From contig NC_087436.1 of assembly GCF_036321535.1 (NCBI RefSeq), positions 19,284,001-19,348,000 of the forward strand: a stretch of 64,000 bases of DNA. The letters are read 5' to 3'. Source of the stretch: Camelus dromedarius. Its lineage: Eukaryota. How positions within the stretch are numbered: the first letter of the stretch is position 1; every line of letters begins with the position of its first letter. A model generated the notes under the pieces. That model saw only the letters and a program-made list of their open reading frames with translations. It was not told where the DNA came from and searched no databases. The translations under genes and the position numbers were made by a program. Below are positions 26,700 through 39,592 of this stretch, piece by piece.

Positions 26700-27290
26700 C
26701 CACCAGGGTGGGATTTCCCGGAGGAAAAGCGCCTTTGAGACCCCGGCGCAGCTGGGCCGCTTCCCGGGTCTTGGGCCACAGCCGTGTGGCCAGCGGAGGC
26801 GCCAGGGCGCGCCAGGGCTTCATCGGCCAAGGTGGGCGATGAAGGCACCTCTGGGGCCCCATGCATCTGGTTTGGGAGAAAAGGTGACAAAGGCCCAAAG
26901 GCAGCTGGTCAGAGGGGAGCACGAAGCGGCCCCGGAGCTCAGCCCCTCGCGCGCGAGGTCCCCGGCGGGGCGCAGGCGGGGACGTGCCGGGAGGCGAGGG
27001 CTGCGGGGCTGCGAGCCCTGGCGGCCTGGGAGGGGCCCTGGGAAGGCCTGACCCCCGAGGGGCGCCCGCCTCGCGGCCGATCAGAGGGCGAGCCTGCGGC
27101 TCCCGAGGCTCGAGACGCCCTCTGCGCCGCTGCCCAACTCCGCAGCCGCGCTGGGCCTCCCGAAAGCAATTTGACCGGCGTGTCCCCGGCCGGCCGCCTA
27201 AGGCCACGGCTGGGAGAAAAGAGGCCGAGGGAGAAAAAGGGAATGGGGTGGGGGAGGGGACCGGGAGCGAGGAAGCGGTGTCATTTCCAC
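26700..27290. promoter_or_regulatory. Orphan CpG island ~12 kb downstream of the POU4F2 3' end
   Basis: Very GC- and CpG-rich block in AT-rich surroundings; no credible coding frame. Confidence 0.8.
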
Positions 27291-30200
27291 CAACTGGGCT
27301 CTTTCCTGACCCAGCCGCTCATCTGTCACCGCTGTCTCATTCCTGTTATTTACATCTGTCTTTAGCATTCTAATTACTCGCTTTATTACTTTAGCCTGGA
27401 GGAATCCTGTAAAAAACAACGGAGATGAGGATCCTATCACACAATAAAACTGCCCAAAATCCCCGCTGCACATTATACAGAGCACTTGAGAATATTTGTG
27501 CTGTTATATGACCTCAATATGTCCTTAGATTGATCTTATTATATCTTTCTTTCTCCCTTCTCTTTCTCCGTGTGTATGTGATGAACTCTTTTAAGGTGTA
27601 GAGTGCAGGAATAAACTGGTTAACCAATGATGAAAATGAGATTATTCTTAAGCAGGAGGTACAGGGGGAGATGGGTCTCCTTTAAGAAGACTTTGAGATG
27701 TTTGAGCCAACCCCATCCAGGTCCAGTTTCTAAACTCTTGGTTTTATTTTCGCTTCAATATGACAAAGTAGAGCCATCTTCACACGCAAGCTTCTAGGGC
27801 TGAAAGAATCTTGGAAATTTAGAGGAGAGAATAAAATGCCTAATGTCTTTCATTATCTTGCATTAATCTCTGAGCTCCCGGAAGGTCTCAGGAAGGGAAG
27901 TGAATTTAGAGTGGAGATAGAAGTGGGGTTCAAAAATCGTGGTGGTTTGAATGCTTTTCTTTTAATGTGAGATTTAGAAGGGGGGTGGTGTTCAATCTCT
28001 TACTAAACCCCTGATGCCAAGATTCACAGAGACACTCAATATTTGAATCCAAAAGAGGCTGATCTAACCTACCAGAAAATCCAGGGCAAAATGCAGCTTC
28101 CTAACTGTTATTTATTCCTGCCAGTGGAGTTATCATTGCACTCAGTTGCAATTTTCTGGCCGTGCTAATGGTTTTCTTTATTGTGTTACACTAACATAAT
28201 CTCCTCCAGAAAGAAAATGACAAAATATATGGATTTTTAGATAAATAACTGAGGTAATTTATTGGACTTTATGCTCTTCTGATGGTGTGGTTGATAGATA
28301 ATGTAATAATACGTACATAATTAAGCGGGTTTACTGTACCTCAGTCCAAATAGGTTCAAGGGCAGTATCTCTGTCTTTAGGCCTATAGTTTTCTCAATGG
28401 ATATTTACTTCCTCCACCCTGTGGAATAAAGGGCAGACCTCAGGAAGCAAACAACGAGGGACTAAGTGCGGGATGGCAAAAGGGAAAGAAAAGAAAACTG
28501 ATCAATTCTCTGATCAAGGATTTTAGAGTAGAGCCCACTTTTTCATACTCCCCACTCTTTCTCATAAGCGTTCAGTGAATTGATGAGAAAAACATGAAAC
28601 ATTGAAGACAAACATAGGCTTTTCCAGAGAAATGAGTGTCTTACACCCAGGTCGGGGGGGGGGAGGGCTTCAAAAACACCTTGCAGGACCCAGAGATCTT
28701 CTGTCAAGGAAGCACAAAGGCTTCTGGGAAATCATTAACCCTGAACTTGGGCACCACATACCCCCTTGCCCTGGCTTCTGGAGGTTGCCATTCAAGGCAT
28801 GGTGTACTTGCTCTTCCAAACTCATCTAAATTACATCAATAACAGAGCGCACTCTTTAATGAGCTCTCAACTTTAAAGACTTGAAGGATATTAACAAGCC
28901 GCTTGACAAATGGTGCTTAGAAGCACATTAAAGACGCTGCTAATGGAGCGCATAATGACGGCTAATTTTCGATCAGATATAAATTAGAGCCCCAACAGTT
29001 ATTTGCCTTAAGGACTTTATGTAAATGATTCTGTTCTGTATAAACTGAAAAGCGAAGAGAGCCCTGCCGTTTTGGCAATCCTTGCGGATATGATTAATAG
29101 ATCTACAACAGAACTGGGCAGAGACAACTGATGGCATTTCCATCTAAAAGTCGGTGTGTTTAGGTGGTTAAATAAGATAGCTTCTAGAGTCGATGTGTGC
29201 TTCTTCTTCAACCAAAAGGGTAAAAATGTCCTTGGCATCTCCTCCATGTGGTTAAAGATGTTCACAAAAGAAGAGCATCCAGATGTCTCCCTTAGACCTG
29301 TACCTCATACCCACCGAGCTGCCGAGAACAGCCACAATTTTACATATTTCATTGGGACCCAAATCTGTGTTATATGCCCCCTAGCCACATATCCCCAAAG
29401 CATCTTCAAAGACACAGTCAATTTTACTGGGATCTAAGATCTATTGATCACTTTTTAGAATCCTCTCACTGTGAAATTGCCTGAGATCTCATTCATAGCT
29501 TTGCACACAATTCAGGTTCTACAAGAACGTGCCGGGAAGAAGAAATGGTTGGGAGTAGGAAAGTGAGGAGGAGGAGCTGGGGGAAATTATGATGGAAATG
29601 GTGAGGTGGGAAGAAGGAGAGTAGAAATGAGCATGAGGGCAGAAGGAGTTCAGATAGGAAAGATTGGAGGAACTCTTAATGCCTACCCAATTTAAAGTGG
29701 AAGAGACATTGGTAGCTTTGTTTGTCCCCCCCCCCCTTCTATGCCTCCCACATTGTAAGTGTTGAATCTCAGAGTGCATAAAAGGGTTTGGGGATTGATT
29801 CTTAAAATGCATTATCTTCTAGCCTATTTCTGCTCTGATGGGTCTTAGGAAGCCTGAAGAGGAGTTACCCTAAGATGTGTCGCCTGTGTCCAGTTTCTGC
29901 TTTATCACATCTACTTGGCATCCGCCAGCCCAAATGCCACGTGTAACACTGGGATTGCTTCGAGCTGCATCTGGCTGCAGTTTTAGGAATAGCATCCTTT
30001 CCTGAACAAGGGAAAAGAGTTTGTGTAAGAGTGAGTTTGCCAAACCTGAAAAACCAGCTAACTCTCGCTTGTCAATGGCTTGTTTATTATGAGTTACAAA
30101 CAAAAGCTCAAACTTTCTGCTGCAGGAAAGTAAAGCATTACTTCATCTCATAGCAGTTTTCTCTGCCTTAAACACACAAGATAAATATGTTCTGGGGAGG

Positions 30201-31899
30201 GGATCTTTTTTTATAAGCAACTCATGAGCAGTGTTAAAATTAATATAGAAATCCTGCCTCAATAAGGGAGCTATTTCTACCAGTGACACCAGCTTCTAAG
30301 ATTTCCTCATCCAAGCCATTTGAGAGATGAAAGTAATGAGAAGGGCACAGGGGAGGGGAAAATGGAAAGATGAGGGGTTGAGTTTTAGAGAGATTTCTCC
30401 TAGACTGATTAAATCATTTTATCTTGCAGTAACTGATACCTAATAGCCAAGAGTTAAATGGTGGAGAGTACGAATGCTTCTTACCGTCATGACTGAGTTA
30501 TGAAGTAGTTTCAAATTGGGGTACAATAAATACGATTGTTCCTGTCTTGCATTAAATCTGTCTACTCTTCCCTCCAACCCTCTTCCCCAATCCCACACAC
30601 TTCCAGTGCTGATAAGACATGCTAGAAACAACTGGACATTTCTTCAACCCACTAGTGTAGGAGTCTGTAGCAATGGGAGCAAGTAGGAAGAGCAGACTCA
30701 GCCCTCATTTTGTCTGAGAGCAACATCCTTCTCCCCTCTGCTGTCCACTGGCTCCTGGATCCTCAGGCAGATGGTAGAATCAGATGGTTAAAAACTAACT
30801 TTGAAAAATGAAACAGCTACACTAATAGCAAAATTAGTAACAAGGCTGCAGAATTCTGACCTCAGTTGGTTGCGAGAGGACATGTGGCTGAGCTTTTCGG
30901 AACGGGAAGTGATGTTTGGCACATATTCAGCTCCAAGAGCTTGACTGGCTTATTTTCCCGCTTTTTCCTTCTGCCCAGAGGGGATAATTCATGTCATCTT
31001 TAGGGAACTTTGTGATTTTCTTTACAGCGAATGAACGCATTGTATCAAGACTAACTCCCAGTTACCTGCGTGCTTCCACTTTTCCTCGGGACAAATGGAG
31101 AATCCCTGACCAGATGAAGCTGGGCTGGTTCCCCAAAACACGCCTTTTCTATTTTATTATAATGTCCCTTTCCCTTTTGCACAGTTACTATCTAAGATAG
31201 GGAGAGGGCAGGTGTGACCACATCTGGTCACTGTGCCTTTCTTCCTCTCCCTGGAGGAAGATAGAGATCATCTCATATTAACTACCCATCTCCCCCTCAC
31301 ACCCCTTTTTTTTCACTTGTTCATCTCCCAGATTCTGAGTGAATCCCAGGAGCGGGGAGGAGGGGAGTCTTACTGAAAAAGAAAGCAGCATAAGGGGAAT
31401 AAAATCAATGGAATGATTTAGGAAATGGAAGAATGAACCTCTCTGACAATACTGTAATTAAAAGCTCTCAGAGCTGCAAAGTGAAAACTTGATGAAAAAA
31501 AAGTGCAAGTTGCCAACTGATTCTTATCTAATCCATTTAGGATCCTTTGGTGGAATTTAGAGACTTAACTTAGGGATGTGAACTCCACACCCTCAAAAAA
31601 TGACTTTCCTCTCAAGGAGTCAGGCTGTCCTAGCTGGGCAGCCAGGGGCTGGGGTCTTTTCTCCAATCACAGCCCTCCCCAAAGACCAAAGACCCTGGAG
31701 GGAGAGGAGAAAGCATGTGCCTTCATTCTGGCTTCAGGTGAAAAGGTGGGCACTGCCAGGTCTTGAGATGGAAAGTTAGCCAGTCCAGGCATTGTTAGTT
31801 ACAACCTCAGAGCTGGTACTGAAAGGAAACTTGAAACCAGTGAACCAGGCTGCTCTCTCTGGAAGCCGCAAAGTCCAGGAGAGCCCAGAGCCTGAAGCA

Positions 31900-32450
31900 C
31901 TGAACCCTGATTCCCAAGGGAACCCTTGATCTAATTCCAGCCTCCCACCTCCTCGGAGCGCAGCGGCAGGCCGGGTCCTCGCGTCCTCCCTGGGAGTCAC
32001 AGACTGCTTCCACTTTGCAGCCAGAGGTCTGCTCCAGAGACACTGTCTTCGAGCTCTGTGTAGAGGCAGGGCGTGAAGGAAAGACACCTGTGTCCAACAG
32101 AAGGTCAAAGCCCGGCGGTGCACTAACAAAAGGCATGCCGCCTGGAGTCTCAAGCACTTTCCCAGGCGAATCGCGTGTCTTGATAAGACTAAGAAGGAGA
32201 GACTTTGAGTGAGTTTGAAAAGTTTCACCAAGGCACGCGGGCCTCAGGGAATGGCTCTGAGTCTACCTGTGTGTTGGTTTGTGAATGTCCATCTATGCGT
32301 GTGTTACCCGGATGACCAGTAGCGAGGAAGATGCCGTAGATGAAGTAGAGGGTTGCCACTTCTCTTCTGATCTGTGGCTTCAGGCCAAGGCCGCGGAGGC
32401 TCCGTGTACTCTGGCGGGCTGTGTGCCTCCCCTGCGCTGCAAAGTGATTA
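31900..32450. promoter_or_regulatory. Weak CpG island
   Basis: Raised CpG density (e.g. cggagcgcagcggcaggccggg, cccggcgg, ccgcgg). Confidence 0.5.
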
Positions 32451-33399
32451 GGCTCACCTAGGATTGGAGCAGAAAAGGCATCTATTCTTGGCAAGGGTCA
32501 GGAGCCTTCCTGTGAAATCTACGCTTACATATCTGGGCCCCAGACTGCTGTTGAACTTGGAACTTGAAAGTGATTTTTTTTTTTCCAAAAGGGATTCCCT
32601 CCCTCCCTCACCTTCACCTCCATCACCTTGCACACCCAGGACAATAACCCCCACAAACCAAGGACCTACTCTGTTTCTAGAAATCAGGGAGCCTCCACCC
32701 CATTTAACCAAAATGCACAGAGATGCAGACTGCCATTTAGCAAAGCCCTGGGGGCCCACTGGGAAAGTCGGACTCTCTGGCTCTGTGTGTGTTAACCCTC
32801 CGTCTCCCAGCGAGCCCAGCATCCTCCGAGTCCAACAGGCCTTCCAAGAATACAAGCACTGCCCCAGCCACTCATGCAAAGGGTGTCGATTTATGCCCTT
32901 CAATCACTTACAAATCCATCAATTACTTGTGTTTTTTTCCCCTAAATCATGCTCCATTGATTAAAAGGACGACTTCAACATCTTACAAGAATTCCAGAAG
33001 CCAGTGGGCTTTCTTTAAAAAATATTGGACACATACTTCTCATTTTCTTGTTGCCTCAAATTATTCAGGGAAACCTAGAAGCTACAAGAGAACCTACCCA
33101 TCAAATTTTTAAAAAATCATCAATAGACACAAATAACACTTTGAATACCCTCCCAGGGTCCAGAAGATGGGAAGGTTAAGGGAAAGAGGAAGGAAGAACT
33201 ATTTTTGAAAAATTACAACAAAAATTTAAGAATCACAACTCAGACACTATGAGAGGGTGAGGGGGGCTTCTCTTAGCTACAGCAAAGTCTGGGGGTGGGG
33301 AAGGGCTCTTGCTTTCCGCCGAGTGACAGCTGGAGTAATGGCTGCAGACACAGTGCGGGGGTGGGGGTGGGGGGGCAGTAATTACTAACCAGGCTCACC

Positions 33400-34600
33400 C
33401 GCCCCCCTACTTTAGAGCGACTGCGTTCTTTTTTGCGCGTCCAGCTGCGCGCTCGGCTGGCTGCTCGGCCTCGGGGCATCCTGGAGCCTGAATGGGGTGG
33501 GGGTGGGGGTGAGTGCTAGAGGACTTTAGATCGAGGTTCCTAAAAGGCTTCTGAACTAGAATGTCCCCAAGGTCTCGCCCTTGCAGGGCCTTGGCGCAAA
33601 GGAAGGCTGAGCAGAGACTGCTCCAAGCCCAGCAGCCCTCAACCACTCGGCCCACATTAGGGATCTGGCAAAAAGTGAGGGGTGGGGGTCGATGCCGAAG
33701 TGGGTAGCAGCCCAGGAAACTGATTCATCTCCTCTGGCTGCACGGGACTGAAACCTTTCCACGAGGATGGAAGGCAAATCGAGGCCAGGTCCCCTCCCGG
33801 TTCAGAGAGCGCAGACCCTCAGAAGGCGCAGGCGCTCCCTTGGGCCCCACAAGCCTGAAGTTAAGTGTACACCAAGGGATCCGCGCTGGGGAGGGCGGAG
33901 AGGAGGGGAGAGGGGTTGGGGCTAGGTTCTCCACCTCCTCCCGCCGCCTCCCTCCCGCAGGCTGGAAGCCTCACGTAGTCTGGGATTTTTTCAGAATAAT
34001 TGATGGGTCCAGTTCTCCAGAGCTTTCCCGGTGAGAGCGCGGCGGACCGCGCTAGAATTTAAATAGATGTGATTAGTAAAATGCAAGGGGGTAAAGCGCC
34101 CAGGCCTCTCATTCTCGCGGGTTCCCGGCGGCGCGCCTGGCAAGGCGCCTGCTCCCCCGGGCTCTAGGGGCACGCGGGGCCGGGGCGAGCTCGTCCAGCG
34201 CCGAGGGCGGCTCGCCTCCCCACACCCCAGCGCGATGGACCTTAACACTCACCCTCTCCCAACCAGGTTCTCACCAACGTGCACCCCGACCTGGAGCAGG
34301 GGGAAGTTGAGGCTTGCAGGCACATCAAGGCCAGCGGGTACCAAGTGATGGTAAGCCAGAGGGTGGGTGCAAAGATCCTGATGTCTTCCCACAGCCAGAA
34401 CCGACCAGGCGGGTGAGAAGCCTCAGCCTTGAAAAGCGAGGAAAGCTTCTCGGTGGTCGCTGTCCCCAGGTCCTGCTTCTCACACTCACTGTTCTTTTTC
34501 TACCTCCGCCCTTACCGGTAGTCCTCTCTCCAGGCTGCCGAGACCAGGCAGCAGGGGTCTCGGAACTTAAGGCGCCCCTTCACTTACCCAAAGCTCTAAG
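33400..34600. promoter_or_regulatory. CpG island ~5-6 kb downstream of POU4F2
   Basis: Dense CpG, especially at 33415-33480 and 34030-34240. Confidence 0.7.
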
Positions 34601-35600
34601 AATGTCCCCTCCACAAAGAAGTGACCTAGGCTGGGAAAAGCTTTCGCCTTGGTGCTCTCTCTCATCCCTATGTCATCGATTTGTTCCTGAAAAGGGGGCT
34701 ATGCATTCTTATAACATCTACAGCCAATTAATATTGCATTAACTCTATTAAAAAAAAAAAAAACAAAAGCACCAGAATACTGCACCCTATCAAAGCCATC
34801 TATTATTCACGGAAATGTAATTGGAGACCTACGATATGTGTGTTATGGGCCAGTGGAGGAAAACAGAGTCGTGACAATATTTCAGAAAGGAAGGGGATCC
34901 GAGGGTATCTAATATTTAATTTCAAGTCTGTGGTTTTCTAATTCGAGATTAAAAGCAGTCACGTCTTTGAAGCCAGACAGTTGGTATAAATGTACAGTTA
35001 AAATATTCTATTCCACGGTCCCTAGACAGAGCTCTCTGCTCGTCCCAGGCTTCATTAAATTTTTATTATCATCCCAGACTAGAGCAAGGAATGAGCGGAA
35101 AGACTGTCCATCTAATTGCAATTGATAAAAAAAAAAAAAAAGCTCTTAGATTTCCCCCCTCATTTTAATATATTAACAGCAGTTTTCTTCGTATGTCCAG
35201 TCTTTCCCAGCCCTGTGATAAATACAGTTTATCACACAGATACATTTTCTACTTTCCAACAGGCACCACGCTTGGCTGTCTTCTCTGCTCTTTGAGAAGG
35301 CCTGGGGGTGGGGGAAGTTGAAGGGGGAGAAGGGTATTAGAGACTGGCTTCAGAAAGTGATGCTATATGGGGAAAAAAGGTGACATCAGTTCTTGAAGCA
35401 TCTGGCGAAAGATCAACGAGAGACAACATTTGCACTAAGGTGGTTTTTCCTGTGGCAAGATGAAAGTATATTGTTACCCAAACAAAACAAACAGATTATA
35501 AGACCAAGCTACACTTTTCGACAGCCTTTCCACTATGTGGGATGAAAGCAAAGAGTCATATTTTCATTTTATTTCTTTCTTTCTCACTGCTGCACCCCCA

Positions 35601-35699
35601 ACACAGACACACAGACACACACACACACACACCTCAAAACGTTTGTTCTTCTTGAGCCTTCTTTATGTGCTACTAATCTGTCACACCAGACGACTGTAG

Positions 35700-35738
<39 letters not shown>

Positions 35739-35742
35739 GTGT
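35601..35742. repeat. (CA)n at 35601-35632 and (TG)n at 35702-35742
   Basis: Direct reading. Confidence 0.95.
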
Positions 35743-38094
35743 ATTCCGGAAGCCTGTCTCAACAAGGGTGCTTCAACATTTTTTGAAACTGGTGTAAATA
35801 AAGCTTTTCATCTCCAGGCAGAATAAAACCCACAGTTTGCTTTGTGAGCAGCTCCCTATTATCACATCGCCACTTAATTTTATTTCTATTCTCTCCAAGT
35901 TAAATAGAAAGACTGGCTCACAAGGGAGCTGCCATGTGCCTACAGACTGGGGATGTCAAGCAGAGAGACTCACTGTGCAAAGTTAATTTCAATTCCCGAG
36001 GAGGATTTCACATTCCGGCTGGCTGTGACCCACAGTAATTAGCTGAGATAACTAATGATTACTTACTTATTCCTTGTAATTATCTGGATTTAATAATTCG
36101 CTGTGTAATTTATTAATTCGCTCATAATAGCCTTTCAGGACTAGGAATGGCTCCTTTAAAGGGGCAAAGCAGGCAAAATTTAGTGATTTTTTTTCTCATT
36201 GTCATAAATCTGTCTCCTGACAAATGTAGACTTCAGGAACATTTTTATCATCATAACTATCCAGGAACCTTTGTCTTCCTTTTTTATCCTATCAGGATAC
36301 CAATCCAACTTTTTGTTCCTTCTGTTGTAGCCCCTCCCTTCAAGGCCAACTGAAAAATCAAGTGGAGTTTAAAGTTCTAACGTGGACCATTTACCTAGAG
36401 ATAAAAATTGTTTTTGCCAAACAATTGAAAAGATGAATCTATAAACTTAACGTCATAGCTTGCATAGAAAAATTTGAGCTTTATCCCTTTATCCCTTTAT
36501 GCCTTTTAAAATCAAGTGAATTTCTAAATGCCTTTTCCACTATCTCCTCAAGCACTTCCCCACTAGATAGATCAAAATGAAATGATTCATTTAAAGTATA
36601 AAGTAAAGCATTTTTACCTCCAGAACTCCAAAGAGAGTCACAAAATATGTCTTTGATAGCCAAAGGATTTAGTTACTTATTGTTATTTATTTTTAAAATA
36701 CATTGTATAGAAAATAGGGAAGTGTTACATTGACAGAAAATCCTAATTATTTCATTTGCTTTTTCATAGTTCCACTATTTTTCCTCAGCTCTGTGTCAAT
36801 GAAACAATCTATAAAGAGCTGACCAACTGATTTAATGACAAACATCTAAAGAAAATTGCACTTTTTCCAGATAATATTATAACCCAATTGGTGTAAACAG
36901 TACTTAGATATCAACCAGGCCTTACATGATCTTTGCTATTAGTCGCTTATTCCCTTCCGGCTTACACTTAAATGATTCTACTTTGAACAAAAAGATTGGA
37001 TCATTTGCCTTTAAAGAAGTTAAAAGAAAACAAATTATATAGTTCTGCAACATCAAAATAAGGAAGACTAGACATGCTGCTAAGTCAATTCATAAAAGAT
37101 CTTTTTGGAATAAAATAGTAATTGTGAACCTTGAAGGGGGAAATTTAGGAAATGAGTCATGAATGCCAATGGATTTGATTGATATGACAAGTACCTTCAG
37201 CCACAGTTTGCTATTTATCCATCTGAGTGTTTTGAAAGCCAGTATCAAATGGATATTTCTCAACAATATATACACAGTTTCCTCTAGCCTTACCTTTAAT
37301 TTCTTCTTTAAGACCAATCCTCTTCTCTCCAAATCTCTATGGTTTGTTTTGGTATGTTTTGCAACTAGCATTAATAGAAACTTTCAGAATACATTTCTTT
37401 TTAAAATTCTTCTTTCCCCATAAAACAGACACATTTAAGCAGGCTTGAATAATGGATATAATTACTATCTCGTAGTAAAGAAAGTTTTTTTTTCTATCTC
37501 TTGTAAGAACATAAGGAAGAGGAACTTAGAGTGTGATACAGTTTTAAAAGTCCAGGAACACAGGAGACAAAGAACACTTGGTGAATGTGGTTGGGATGGG
37601 GAGGATATAGGGCTTCACTCTCAACTGTTGAAGTAAATGGATAGTTGCTTTTCTGTCACTTTCCTCACAAAAATCTAGGACAAACATGCATACATGCAAG
37701 CTACCATACATCTCAAAATGCACTAAAAAGAACACCTATTTTATTTCTATCCATTGTATTTCTCAATTTCAACTATTTTTACAGGATTTCTCGCTTCAGT
37801 TAAAGATGTCATATCTGTAGAAAGAAAACACAAGCATGCACCTCTGTCTCCTCCCTGACTCTCCTCCCTCCTAACATACATTTCCTAGACCCTTAGCTAA
37901 CAGCCACATGTGGGAAGGAGGAGGAGTTACTTATTGAAGATAATTTTTATCCTAGATCAGAAAGCCTGATTTGTTACACATTCAAGCTATTTAATTCACT
38001 TTCTCCACTCCAGAAAAACTAAGCAAGCAGAAAGTTCTCCAACTAGCTAGATCTGCAGGGTCAAATGTGTTGTTGGAACAAGACTGAGTCTGTG

Positions 38095-38115
38095 GTTACT
38101 ATCCGTGGTGCTGAA
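38095..38115 (-). promoter_or_regulatory. RE1/NRSE (REST-binding site), downstream of POU4F2
   Basis: Minus strand TTCAGCACCACGGATAGTAAC versus TTCAGCACCACGGACAGCGCC: 17/21, with the first 14 bases perfect. Confidence 0.7.
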
Positions 38116-39535
38116 ACAGTATCCCATACAATGAGATTGGGGGCTGGCTCTTTGAAAAGACTTAGGAAAACTGAGTCTAATAACAGGGGGTAAAGTGGGA
38201 GAAGGGACATTCGGCCTCCTAAACAGAGAAATAGAATTAAACCATCACTATCAGTATATATGAAGTTACAATTCTTTCTTTTAAATTTTCACAACTTTCT
38301 GTATTTTCTTAGCTGTCTATGCAATGTATATCATTATTTCTAAATGGACATATGGATTTTGTTTTTTCAGGAGTCCTTTTTATTTCAGCGGTAGAGAAGG
38401 AAGTCCCTCCACCCATTATCCATCCAACTTCCACAACTCTTTTTGTTACACCTGGAAATCATAATCAATTTTCCAATAACATTTAATCCCAACATGAACC
38501 CTTATAAAAATTTTCACTGACTTGTGGGCTATTTCCTAATCTCATCCTCAAAATAAGAAATATTCCAAGACAGATTCATATTAGAGGGGTAAGAGCTCAG
38601 GTTAGCAGAATTACCTGTGGAGGATGGCCTGGCTCCTCCCTCCTGTAGGACCTATAGATTAATATGATGTTCTCATTATTAATAATGTAAATATCTAAAT
38701 CAGAGTTTTCCTGAAGAAAACTTTGAAAATTTAATATGTTGCCCAACTGTTGTAGGAAGTCTGAAAATTATTAAAATTAGTGAGGATCCTTTAAACTAAG
38801 ATCAGAAAAAGAAAACTCAGTGTATCAAATGGGCAGAATTACTTTGCCAAACTACCAGTAGACAGACTTCCACCAACTCTGGTGTCTGGGTGAGTCATAG
38901 AAAGGGGACACAATTTTGCTCCTTTTAACACCCAGGATTTCTTCCTCAGCCCTATTCTGCCTATTGCAGAATGTGAGTTTCCTTAAAGATCATGGAAATG
39001 GAGAGAGTGGGAGAGAGAGAGAGATGCTTCAATTTGTAATTCAGTAACCCAAATGCTTCCTGCTCTGGCTTTGGGGCACTGCTCTCCAGGAGTGGTAACT
39101 GAATTGAGAACTATGGTGGGTCAGCTCCTAGGCCTCAATCAAGGTGTCTTACTCCCCTAACCAGGCCTTGACTCTTGCCACACCCAGTCTCCCATTGCTA
39201 CTGATAACTGAACTGAGTTCCTTTCTTCCTTTTACCCAAGCAATATCTCTGCTCACAAAGATTTTCTTTGCAGAATTTTTCAGATCTAGAGAAAGGAATC
39301 TAAGGGAGGTAGCCAGAGCCAAATACTGTGATCTCATCTAGGCAGAAAAGCAAAGCACCCCTGAGATGAGCTCTGGCTATTAGAAGGCTATTCTAAACTC
39401 TCTTCTTTTATACTTTCTGAGAGAAACATCTCCTACTAAATCCAAGTCAGACTTTGACAACAACCAGTCCATAATAAACCATCAAATGTGTTTCTGCTTT
39501 TAAAAAATCTCCCATCAAAATAATTCCCATGTAAA

Positions 39536-39592
39536 TGATTAAAAACAACATCACATTTTAGAAGCCATTTAATTTTAATAGCATATTTTAAT
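39536..39592 (-). terminator. Polyadenylation region: three ATTAAA hexamers plus a downstream GU-rich element
   Basis: Plus-strand tttaat at 39568-39573, 39574-39579 and 39587-39592, followed on the minus strand by TGTGATGTTGTTTTT. Confidence 0.65.

Noticed and set aside
26554..27485. Overlapping 130-211 aa ORFs on both strands
   Set aside because: Stop-codon depletion in a CpG island gives Arg/Gly/Pro-rich noise.
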